This document shows, one piece after another, positions 52,412 through 60,820 of a DNA stretch of 64,000 nucleotides. Position 1 is the stretch's first letter. The number at the start of each line of letters is the position of its first letter. The DNA lies in the IMG/VR virus record IMGVR_UViG_3300032287_002972, positions 32,001-96,000 of that record. One strand, 5' to 3'. The notes under the pieces were generated by a model. That model saw only the letters and a program-made list of their open reading frames with translations, ran no database searches and was not told the DNA's origin. Source of the stretch: a virus. The translations under genes were made by a program, and so were the position numbers.

Positions 52412-53940
52412 ATTTTTTTATTTAAATTTACAAATAATTCAATGTATCTTTTTTTATGAACGGGACTTAAAAATTTAAATTCATATCCTTGAAGGTCATA
52501 TTTTTGTATTTGAGATTTTATTGAATCTTTTGGAAAATCATTCTTAACGAATTTTTCTAAAACAGATATTTTTCTTTCAAAATACGTTTCTTTTTGAGTA
52601 GATGAAGCGTGTTTAAGTTCTTCTTGGGTCATTGTGTGTTTATTTTTTATGAGTGTATCGATTGCAAATGTCTTTTGCTCGGGAGTTAACATTTCAAATT
52701 CCCAATCAAGTAAAGAATGTCCTTTATTTATTTTAATATTAAAATGTTCTTCTCTTTGTTCAGGAGTTGCCTCTTTTAGTTGGTCTGTCCATATTAATAT
52801 ACCATTTTTTATTTTATAATCAATTATTTCTTTTTTTACTTCTTTTGGTGAGTTATTAAATATGTATTCGTCTTCATACATATTATAGACAGTATACTTA
52901 TTATTTTTTATAAGTAATGAAATATATCTTTTCTTTTGACTTTGTGATGCTAATACATAATATAATAAATCCTGAAGAATATTTCCATTTATTAACATTT
53001 TTTCAATAAGTTGTCTTCTATCCATTATAGGAAGTGATATAAATTCTGGATTTGTTAGTTCTTCACCTTTTTCTATTTTTTTTAGTGCCCTGTTTCTAAT
53101 AGATTTTTTACCCTCAACCGTATCTCTATAACTATCATCATATAAACATCCTAACCTTCTATATGTTCCCGACAATTTTTGTGTTTTTTCCATGTAATCG
53201 TCTATAGTATCTGTAAATTTTTCAGAATCTGGTATATTGCCATATGTTTTTTGGTCTGGATATAAAATAACATCTTTTTCATTTTCTACATTTAGAAATG
53301 GTTTTATTAAAACTCTCCCTAATGGGTTTTCTATATTTGTATCATTTACTTTTGTTAAATAACATATTATAGTTCCCTCTTTCATGTCTCTTTCCACGTA
53401 ATGTTGGTTCCCCCCCATAATAAGGTTCATACAACTACTCCAAGTAGGTAATCTACCAGTCGACATTCCCGCAATATCGTACTTGGCACTGGAAAATATT
53501 ATAACTAAATCATCCTCTTTATCTATTATACCTCTACTCTTTATTGATGCATATCTATCTATTAATTCTTTTGCTTCAGGTTCTTTTTTTGACACAATAT
53601 TCAAGGCTCTATTTAACGCTATTTCCTTATTATTTTTCATATTTATCGCAAGATTATTTCGATAATCTTTTATGATGAATTGGTATGGTTCTAATATGTC
53701 TTTAATCTCATTTTCTGTAGAATCATTCGTATATGGAAACGATATTCTCCATCCTCGTTTATCTATTTGACGTGCGTTAGGTAATGATTTTAAATTCGTG
53801 AATACTTGTTTAATCCTTTCCTCAGCTTCTGGACTTCTTTCTATTTCAAGATATTTTTTTGCTACGGAGTATGCGACCGCTTCGTCAACAGTACTTTTAA
53901 TAATCTTTTTATATTGTGATTCTGTAATTATTATTTTCAT
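52408..53940 (-). CDS. ITESQ-leader protein with a PcfJ/GNAT-like core and C-terminal helical repeats
   Basis: GMSTG..WSSCM...GRVLIK...YG; xTPEQ(K/R) repeats. Confidence 0.5.
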   Translation of the reverse strand: MKIIITESQYKKIIKSTVDEAVAYSVAKKYLEIERSPEAEERIKQVFTNLKSLPNARQIDKRGWRISFPYTNDSTENEIKDILEPYQFIIKDYRNNLAINMKNNKEIALNRALNIVSKKEPEAKELIDRYASIKSRGIIDKEDDLVIIFSSAKYDIAGMSTGRLPTWSSCMNLIMGGNQHYVERDMKEGTIICYLTKVNDTNIENPLGRVLIKPFLNVENEKDVILYPDQKTYGNIPDSEKFTDTIDDYMEKTQKLSGTYRRLGCLYDDSYRDTVEGKKSIRNRALKKIEKGEELTNPEFISLPIMDRRQLIEKMLINGNILQDLLYYVLASQSQKKRYISLLIKNNKYTVYNMYEDEYIFNNSPKEVKKEIIDYKIKNGILIWTDQLKEATPEQREEHFNIKINKGHSLLDWEFEMLTPEQKTFAIDTLIKNKHTMTQEELKHASSTQKETYFERKISVLEKFVKNDFPKDSIKSQIQKYDLQGYEFKFLSPVHKKRYIELFVNLNKKI

Positions 53941-53950
53941 AATTTTTTAT

Positions 53951-54814
53951 TTATAGTTGTTCCAATTGTTTAATCTGTTTTGGCCAAAGAAAGATATGTG
54001 ATTGTCTCCTTAATAACCCTAAAAAATTATCTATATCTCTTCTATATTTTTTACTTAAATATTCTATTTTATCTAATGTTAGATCTTCATTAGGTTTAAA
54101 TAATTTATTACGAAGATTTTCGGGTACTTCTTCAGATTTTAACTCCTTACCATATTTTTTTAAAAATTCTCTTCTTGTATATCTTATCCAAGGACCATCA
54201 GTATTTCGTCTAAAAAATCGACCTTCATGAAACCATACCGTTTTTATTTCATTCGGATCCAAATCACCAATAAATAATGCTTGATGTTCAGGGTCATTAA
54301 ATATACTATTACCTAATTCGGGTCTGTCTGATTTTGATACTCTATTTTTACCATATTTACCTTCAGGGTCATTCTCACCATATTCTTTTCTTTTCCTTAA
54401 TATTTCTTGTTGTCTTTCATCATCATTTTTAAATGATTTTGTCATTTGACCCGGAACAAAATAACTATCTTGACCCGCCCATACAGGTGATTCTAAATTG
54501 GTTACTTTAGTGTCAAATTCAATAATGATTCCAGATGATGCAAATCTTCGTGACACTATATTAAATTCTGTGGACACAAATAATCCTTTTGGGTTATTAC
54601 CACTTTCGTATGAATATATTCTTCGAGCCCTAACACCACCAGATAAACCATGTGTTAAAGAATATAATGCATCTGCTGTACTTGATGAATTAAATCCATG
54701 GTATACTCTTATTTTTTCAGAATCTTTTATTGGTTCAAAATCTTTTAAGTATGACCCAACAACTCTAGTCTCTAAAAGTCTTTTTAGTTGTGATTCTGTA
54801 ATTATTACTTTCAT
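53951..54814 (-). CDS. ADP-ribosyltransferase-like protein (ITESQL leader)
   Basis: RVYHG...GL...GLFVST...GIIIEF...EHQALFIG. Confidence 0.55.
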   Translation of the reverse strand: MKVIITESQLKRLLETRVVGSYLKDFEPIKDSEKIRVYHGFNSSSTADALYSLTHGLSGGVRARRIYSYESGNNPKGLFVSTEFNIVSRRFASSGIIIEFDTKVTNLESPVWAGQDSYFVPGQMTKSFKNDDERQQEILRKRKEYGENDPEGKYGKNRVSKSDRPELGNSIFNDPEHQALFIGDLDPNEIKTVWFHEGRFFRRNTDGPWIRYTRREFLKKYGKELKSEEVPENLRNKLFKPNEDLTLDKIEYLSKKYRRDIDNFLGLLRRQSHIFLWPKQIKQLEQL

Positions 54815-54827
54815 GATTTTTTTATAT

Positions 54828-54854
54828 ATTATAAATATCCCGGCGCCCGAGAAC
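54828..54854 (-). promoter_or_regulatory. GC-extended late-promoter element, copy 1
   Basis: attataaatatcccggcgcccgagaac; 26/27 identical to 55941-55967. Confidence 0.6.
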
Positions 54855-54875
54855 TATTTTTTATTAGGAATGTCT

Positions 54876-55373
54876 TTAATTACGTTCTTTAAAATAGTTG
54901 TTTATTATGTGTCCGCCTTTAAAAAAATTGACCTTATCAAATGGTTTATCCCATTCGGTTTCATTGTCAATTAGTTGTTGTCTAATATCATAACCAATAA
55001 TACCCGCATAACATGAAATGTCGTCAATCTCTAGTGGAGTTACCTCAATTAAAGTGTTATTATCAGAGTCATACGCCCACCAATGTTCAATTGGGTAATA
55101 TGATTCAGTAAATGCATAACCACCCACAGGAAATATATTTTTACCTTCGTCTATTCCATCCATAACATAGTTAAACGAATTTCTTTCACACTTGTTTTTT
55201 TTACCGTATATATAATTTATACGTTTAACATCACCAACTAAAGAAAACACATAATTTGGGTTAGTCTCAGCAAACGTTAAAAAGTTTTCACCTAATCTAT
55301 CATTAATACCTTTTATATGGAATTTAATCAATTCGTCATTATTTATTTCATTTAAAATGGTAATTAATTTCAT
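54876..55373 (-). CDS. transglutaminase/papain-like Cys-His-acid protein
   Basis: CERNS...GGYA...IEHWW...IEVTP; MKLITILNE leader. Confidence 0.5.
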   Translation of the reverse strand: MKLITILNEINNDELIKFHIKGINDRLGENFLTFAETNPNYVFSLVGDVKRINYIYGKKNKCERNSFNYVMDGIDEGKNIFPVGGYAFTESYYPIEHWWAYDSDNNTLIEVTPLEIDDISCYAGIIGYDIRQQLIDNETEWDKPFDKVNFFKGGHIINNYFKERN

Positions 55374-55384
55374 TATAATATTTT

Positions 55385-55927
55385 TTAATTAAATTGTTCT
55401 AAATACTTAACGAGTCTTTCCCCATATAATATATCATATGGTTCTTGTTCTTCCAATGAAAAATAATCACCGTTTTCAATAAAATTAGGTAAAGATTGAA
55501 CATCTATATAATTTACTGTATTGACTTTTTTATTTTTCATATCATAAACATAACCATTAATTCTTCTAAAAATTGTTTCATTCTTTTTAATAATTACCAA
55601 TATTGCCTCATTAATGTTTGGTGTACCACCAAAATTAGAATAACTCCAAGTATCAGGGTTATCACTAAAAAATAAAACTCCTTCAACTCTATCTTCGTTT
55701 TGGTTATAATATTCATCATCCATATACATTTGGTAACTTTCAGTATTTTTAACGGTGTCACCAAAATCAGGTAATAAACCAAATCTTTTTATCGAATCCA
55801 AATTTTTAATATTTGAACCATGATATAAAAAAGATTTATTTGGTTTTGGTACTTTAACTATTTTTTCTTCATTTAAAATATTGTTAACAACCCTTTTAAA
55901 TTGTGATTCTGTGATTATTATTTTCAT
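55385..55927 (-). CDS. ADP-ribosyltransferase-like protein (ITESQF leader)
   Basis: LYHGSNIKNLDSIKRFGLLP...VLFFSD. Confidence 0.65.
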   Translation of the reverse strand: MKIIITESQFKRVVNNILNEEKIVKVPKPNKSFLYHGSNIKNLDSIKRFGLLPDFGDTVKNTESYQMYMDDEYYNQNEDRVEGVLFFSDNPDTWSYSNFGGTPNINEAILVIIKKNETIFRRINGYVYDMKNKKVNTVNYIDVQSLPNFIENGDYFSLEEQEPYDILYGERLVKYLEQFN

Positions 55928-55940
55928 ATTTTTTTTATAA

Positions 55941-55967
55941 ATTATAAATATCCCGGCACCCGAGAAC
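55941..55967 (-). promoter_or_regulatory. GC-extended late-promoter element, copy 2
   Basis: attataaatatcccggcacccgagaac. Confidence 0.6.
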
Positions 55968-55971
55968 CGTT

Positions 55972-56823
55972 TTAACTTAATAATTTCTCCACGGTGTTCA
56001 CCAATTCAGGATTACTTCCGTCTTGTTTTGCTTCATGATATTTTTGGGAAATGAATAGTTCAATATTTGGAACAAGAAGGTCATTAAGTTTTTCTTGTGG
56101 TATCAACATTATTTCTCTCCCATCATCAAAAATAACACCATCAAAACCTGAATGTAAAATTAGGTTATTAAAAGAATCCTCCAAACCAAAAACAGAGTTA
56201 AGTTTATTTAAGTTATTAGTTTCAATAACTCTTAATTCTAATTGTTCCATAAATCTATCAAATCCTAATTTAGGTTCTTCTTTTAATGATTTTTTTAATG
56301 TGTTAACAATATAATCGGTATTTTTATCAAAAACGGAATATCTTTCTTTTAGGTTATTTATTTCATTTGTAATTTCATCATATTCGTTATTGTTACGTAC
56401 ATTAATCAACAAATCCTCTAGTTTATGGATTCTTGAACTTATTTCAGATGGTAATTCTAACATGTAAATTACTTGATTAATGCTCATATTTCCATTTAAT
56501 AAGTCTAAAGAATTTGCGTTCAAATATGTTGACTTTTGTCCGTAATCATAATTTTTAAATGAACTACTAAAATAATATCCTTTACCATATCTTCCTCTCA
56601 TTGAACCTTTTATTTTAGATGAGTCAAAATTGGAAATGACTTGGTCTCCGTTATGTGCAATTAGATTAGTTAAATTTCTTAATGTTACCTCAGTTTGTAT
56701 ATCTTTTAATTTCGGTTTTAATGATTCAGATGTGGATTCTACTGATTCTAAAGATGGGTTAGTTGTTGATTCATTTAATCCCATTATATTTTTAATCCGT
56801 GATATTTGTTCGTTTAGTTCCAT
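55972..56823 (-). CDS. ART-PolyVal-like ADP-ribosyltransferase (MELNEQISRIKNIM leader)
   Basis: H...FDSSK...YGKGYYFS...YG...YLN...GFDGVI...E. Confidence 0.6.
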   Translation of the reverse strand: MELNEQISRIKNIMGLNESTTNPSLESVESTSESLKPKLKDIQTEVTLRNLTNLIAHNGDQVISNFDSSKIKGSMRGRYGKGYYFSSSFKNYDYGQKSTYLNANSLDLLNGNMSINQVIYMLELPSEISSRIHKLEDLLINVRNNNEYDEITNEINNLKERYSVFDKNTDYIVNTLKKSLKEEPKLGFDRFMEQLELRVIETNNLNKLNSVFGLEDSFNNLILHSGFDGVIFDDGREIMLIPQEKLNDLLVPNIELFISQKYHEAKQDGSNPELVNTVEKLLS

Positions 56824-56825
56824 GA

Positions 56826-57581
56826 TTAACAATTTATATTAATATCGAGATTATTTAATCTACTTATCATTTCGTTGGTTTTCTTTTCTGTATCTTTTGA
56901 TAATATACCACCAACTTTATTTGTAATAAAAACTTCCGAGATTTTAATTACGTTTTTTAATGGTATTGGTTCAAAAACTCTAATATACTCATCTTGTAAC
57001 ATATACAAATCCAAGTCTTTTGGTGATATTGCTAATATAACACCTTCACTACTGTTCGGAAGATAATTTCTTGCGGTACTTGGAGTTTGTCCCAAATTGA
57101 TACCTTCAGTTTCCAAGATAGCACCCCTCATATCGCTGTCTATAAAACCTTGTTTTTTTATTCTTTCCCAATCTTTTAACGAAACACCTCTAAATAATAT
57201 TTTATCACCAATTGCTCGATAAATTGGAATTTTACTATCTTTGTCCCATGATCCTGTTGTTGGCAATTCACCAACCTTTTCTCCCATTTTGTATGTGTAG
57301 GAATCACTATAATTTAAATCTTTTAAAAAAATGGTCATTTGGTTTTTGACATCATCCTTATCTGATAAAAAATAACCGTCCTCAAAATACCCACGAATTC
57401 TACGTTGTTCTTGTTTAAGTTCATACCATTTATCATCATAATTTTCATTATCATAATCACTAATCACCTTTTCCAATGTCTGTTGAATACATTTTAATTT
57501 ATTATCTATATTATTTGATGAGACTTGTTCATTTAACCCCATTATATTTTTAATCCGTGATATTTGTTCGTTTAGTTCCAT
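56826..57581 (-). CDS. ADP-ribosyltransferase-like protein (start revised to MELNEQ)
   Basis: LFRGVS...IKKQGFI...ARNY...GVILAI...DEY...PIP; the ORF-track start overlaps the next gene. Confidence 0.6.
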   Translation of the reverse strand: MELNEQISRIKNIMGLNEQVSSNNIDNKLKCIQQTLEKVISDYDNENYDDKWYELKQEQRRIRGYFEDGYFLSDKDDVKNQMTIFLKDLNYSDSYTYKMGEKVGELPTTGSWDKDSKIPIYRAIGDKILFRGVSLKDWERIKKQGFIDSDMRGAILETEGINLGQTPSTARNYLPNSSEGVILAISPKDLDLYMLQDEYIRVFEPIPLKNVIKISEVFITNKVGGILSKDTEKKTNEMISRLNNLDININC

Positions 57582-57594
57582 AATTAATATATTT

Positions 57595-58083
57595 TTAAAA
57601 ATCCCCAATATAGTCGTAATATTCATTAGGGTCTGATGATAACTTATTAATAACAACATATCTTTCATCAAATTCAACATCAGGTATTTTTTTCCAACAA
57701 TATCCACCTCCTGTTTCATAAAGATAAGGTGGTATATCAACATTATATACACCATCTTCTGTTCTTGCCACGACATATACATGTTGTTCTCCAGATACTT
57801 GAGATACTGTTGAACATTCTATTCCATTATTTGATAAGACATCAGCCATTGCATCTGCAATGTCTTGACAAATACCACCTTCACCTAACATATCACAATA
57901 ACCATTTTCGTCTTGTTCCCAATCATCATAAACTTTTTGTGAGGAAAGGGCAAGTTTTGATTTTAAACTAAACAAAATATCTGTGTCTGTTTGTTCATTT
58001 AATGATTTTTTATAACCATGTTTTTTGTGTAATTCGAGAATTTCTCTCTTTTCAGATTCTGTTAAGACAAAGTTCTTATACAT
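57595..58083 (-). CDS. papain/transglutaminase-like Cys-His-Asp protein (LTESEKREIL leader)
   Basis: GGICQDIA...QHVYVV...VDI. Confidence 0.5.
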   Translation of the reverse strand: MYKNFVLTESEKREILELHKKHGYKKSLNEQTDTDILFSLKSKLALSSQKVYDDWEQDENGYCDMLGEGGICQDIADAMADVLSNNGIECSTVSQVSGEQHVYVVARTEDGVYNVDIPPYLYETGGGYCWKKIPDVEFDERYVVINKLSSDPNEYYDYIGDF

Positions 58084-58127
58084 GTATTTTTTTTTTTAAT
58101 ATTTATAATAAAAAAACTGGAAAATTT

Positions 58128-58946
58128 TTATTTATTAAGTCCTTTTGTATTAATATTTATATTTGCAATTTTTGAAATATCTAAATAAACTTTATTATCT
58201 TTAAGAATTGAAAATGTGGCGAATAATGCGGGTATGTCTGAAAATTTTACATTATTTATTCTTAAGACAGAATAAAATGACCATAAATCTGATAGTACAC
58301 CTTTTTCTCCTTCCGGTTTTTGAAAAACCAAAAAATTATTTACTTTTCCTATTCTATAATCACCAAATGTCATTTTTTTTGTCTTTATTGCGTTAATAAA
58401 TTTACTCATAACCATTTGAGGATTATCCACAGGACCAATACCTAAAGTACTTCTTAAATTTTGAATTCTTGCTAACGTTTCTCGTTCGTTAGCGACATAC
58501 GAATCTTGTCCATTTTGAGGTGATGTAAGTGGTGTTGTATTTGTTGTTATTGAATCTTCACCAAGTTTAGTCATTATATTATCTATTAAGTGACCCATTT
58601 CATGTAGAATAGTGTTATACGCCTTAACATTTCCTGTAAATTTCCATGAATTTAAATTTATTAAAAATGGTGAATTAAAATTTACCCAACCATTACTATT
58701 CTGATTAGGACTATCATTTTTATTCCATAATTTAAGTTTAAATCTGGGTATTAAACTTAAAATCTTTTTTATATTATCTTTATTTTTAAATTTCATTATA
58801 GTATCTCTATTACTGTAATGTTTGATGAAATGATTTTTAACGTTTTGTAAATCACCATCATAATTCGTATTATTATTCTGTTCATTAATAATACGACTGA
58901 TTATTTTTTTTAATTGTGATTCGGTTATTTCTATAATCTTACTCAT
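58128..58946 (-). CDS. zincin-like metallopeptidase (ITESQL leader)
   Basis: ILHEMGHLID with downstream Y...ERETLAR. Confidence 0.7.
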   Translation of the reverse strand: MSKIIEITESQLKKIISRIINEQNNNTNYDGDLQNVKNHFIKHYSNRDTIMKFKNKDNIKKILSLIPRFKLKLWNKNDSPNQNSNGWVNFNSPFLINLNSWKFTGNVKAYNTILHEMGHLIDNIMTKLGEDSITTNTTPLTSPQNGQDSYVANERETLARIQNLRSTLGIGPVDNPQMVMSKFINAIKTKKMTFGDYRIGKVNNFLVFQKPEGEKGVLSDLWSFYSVLRINNVKFSDIPALFATFSILKDNKVYLDISKIANININTKGLNK

Positions 58947-59006
58947 TTTAATATTTCTATATAAATAGAAAAAAAACTGGAAAATTTTTTTTCACATTTA
59001 CCCATA

Positions 59007-59153
59007 AAAAGTCGACTTTTAGGATTTTTTCCGGAAAAATTTCTGTTACGGCATTGTCCCCCCTCTGGACACATATAAAAAACCCTTATATAAGGGGGGG
59101 TACGGGAGGGGGGTATGGATAGGGGGGTATGGGGGGAATGGTCATAGAGGGGG
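59007..59153. other. palindrome and G-tract cluster at the transcription strand switch (candidate terminus, pac site or origin)
   Basis: 14-bp palindromes at 59007, 59026 and 59083; G-runs of 7,3,6,6,6,5 at 59094-59153. Confidence 0.55.
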
Positions 59154-59248
59154 TACACTTTGAATCTAAGATAGGTTTGGGTCATTTGTAAGGGTAAACC
59201 CTACATACGGGGGTACGTTCGTCACAATCAATTTATGTACGTTTTAAA

Positions 59249-59352
59249 GGGGTAAAAATTATTTTAAAAATAAATATAAAAAAGTTTGGATTATACAAAA
59301 CTAAATATTATCTTTGTCAAGTCGTTATGACATTCACCACTAAAGATTTTTT
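59249..59352 (+). repeat. ~104-bp promoter/leader module duplicated at 59828-59931
   Basis: one mismatch (gacattc vs gacgttc). Confidence 0.92.
59285..59316 (+). promoter_or_regulatory. Bacteroidota-type primary-sigma promoter
   Basis: TTTG-N20-TATCTTTG with an upstream A/T tract; related copies precede each downstream cassette. Confidence 0.8.
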
Positions 59353-59357
59353 AACAC

Positions 59358-59612
59358 ATGGAAACAACAATCAATTTTTCTTTCATCGTGACAAGAGACA
59401 CGGTTGAAAATTTCAGAGGTACATTACCTTCAAAATTTTCGACACCACAGGAATTGTGGAAACACATTAAGTACCATTCTGAAAACATTGAATCCTTTGA
59501 GTTAGAAAGGTTCGAATTTGACGTTGACTATAACGGTTGGACAAACAAACTAACCATTGACCAAATTGTCAACGACCCTTTAGAAGATGAGTTTGATATT
59601 GAGTTTGAGTAA
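59358..59612 (+). CDS. cassette gene 1, small acidic protein
   Basis: own promoter and terminator (~59627-59656). Confidence 0.75.
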   Translation: METTINFSFIVTRDTVENFRGTLPSKFSTPQELWKHIKYHSENIESFELERFEFDVDYNGWTNKLTIDQIVNDPLEDEFDIEFE

Positions 59613-59680
59613 CCAAACTAAGAATAACCCTACCAATTAGGTGGGGTTATTTTTTTGTCATGTATGTAAACCCTACCAAT

Positions 59681-59748
59681 TAGGTAGGATTAATAAGTTC
59701 TACTGAATAGGTAGGATTAATATGTTCTACTGAATAGGTAGGATTAAT
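59681..59748 (+). repeat. 27-nt tandem repeat x ~2.5
   Basis: taggtaggattaata(a/t)gttctactgaa at 59681 and 59708, partial at 59735. Confidence 0.9.
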
Positions 59749-59764
59749 TTAGGGGAAAATGAAA

Positions 59765-59812
59765 TTAGTGGGGCAACGACCTCACCATTCCATGGGGTAC
59801 TTGCCCCACTAA
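59765..59812. repeat. inter-cassette hairpin 1 (loop A, inverted)
   Basis: TTAGTGGGGCAA-cgacctcaccattccatggggtac-TTGCCCCACTAA. Confidence 0.95.
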
Positions 59813-59935
59813 ATTTTCCGTGGATACGGGGTAAAAATTATTTTAAAAATAAATATAAAAAAGTTTGGATTATACAAAACTAAATATTATCTTTGTCAAG
59901 TCGTTATGACGTTCACCACTAAAGATTTTTTACTT

Positions 59936-60163
59936 ATGAGTTTATTATTGACCGAGTACCTTACGGTACAAAATGTTCTGAATGAGAAATTTGAGAACCT
60001 ACTCGAAGAGTTCACCACAAACGAATTTGTCACCGAAGTTGGGGACAAAATCTTTGAGGAAACGGGAAAGACGTTTGACGACGAAGAAGTCAAAGAGATG
60101 ATTGGGGAAACGTTGTTTTCTCATCTACTTTTAAATGTATCCTTATTGATTAATAACCAATAA
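59936..60163 (+). CDS. cassette gene 2, small acidic protein (start revised)
   Basis: ATG at the same offset from the duplicated leader as in gene 1. Confidence 0.7.
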   Translation: MSLLLTEYLTVQNVLNEKFENLLEEFTTNEFVTEVGDKIFEETGKTFDDEEVKEMIGETLFSHLLLNVSLLINNQ

Positions 60164-60261
60164 GGATACCTTAAAAATACCCTACTGAATAAGTAGGGTA
60201 TTTTTTTGTCATGTATGTAAATCCTATCAAGTAGGTAGGATTAATTTGGGGGAAAATAAAA

Positions 60262-60309
60262 TTAGTGGGGCAAGTACCCTATGGAATGGTGAGGTCGTTG
60301 CCCCACTAA
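60262..60309. repeat. inter-cassette hairpin 2 (loop A)
   Basis: loop gtaccctatggaatggtgaggtcg. Confidence 0.95.
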
Positions 60310-60428
60310 ATTTTCCGTGGATACAGGGGTAAAAATTATTTTAAAAAAAGTATAAAATAAATTTGTTTATATCAAACTAATTTTGTATTTTTACGTTATA
60401 ATTATTTCACCACTTAAAATTTATTACC

Positions 60429-60722
60429 ATGAATAAGGTAGATTGGGACTTGACAGATAGTCTAAACTCGTTGTTACAATTGGAAAAAATACCTTTTAAT
60501 GAGGTGTTTCCTTTTTGGGATAAAAACATTGATAAGGTAAAAAATACCTTTTATCCTGAAAGAAATACTACTCATATCAACGAACATGAGTGGTATGAGA
60601 ATAGGTTGTTTGTGTGGTATAATAACAATGTACGGTATGTATCAAGATATATATGTACACAAGACCCTGACGACGGTCTTATATGTGATATAGGTGAGGG
60701 TGTAATGTTATATCCCGAATAA
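60429..60722 (+). CDS. cassette gene 3, hypothetical protein
   Basis: own promoter; terminator gaccccgaa-tgaaag-ttcggggtt. Confidence 0.75.
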   Translation: MNKVDWDLTDSLNSLLQLEKIPFNEVFPFWDKNIDKVKNTFYPERNTTHINEHEWYENRLFVWYNNNVRYVSRYICTQDPDDGLICDIGEGVMLYPE

Positions 60723-60772
60723 TCAAAAGACCCCGAATGAAAGTTCGGGGTTCTTTATTGGGAAAATTGGAA

Positions 60773-60820
60773 TTAGTGGGGCAAGTACCCTATGGAATGG
60801 TGAGGTCGTTGCCCCACTAA
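60773..60820. repeat. inter-cassette hairpin 3 (loop A)
   Basis: identical to hairpin 2. Confidence 0.95.

Noticed and set aside
57582-57782. N-terminal extension of ORF 56826..57782
   Set aside because: It overlaps gene 57595..58083; the duplicated MELNEQ leader marks 57581 as the start.
58943-59185. 80-aa minus-strand ORF
   Set aside because: It is a translation of the G-tract/palindrome region with atypical composition; more likely non-coding.
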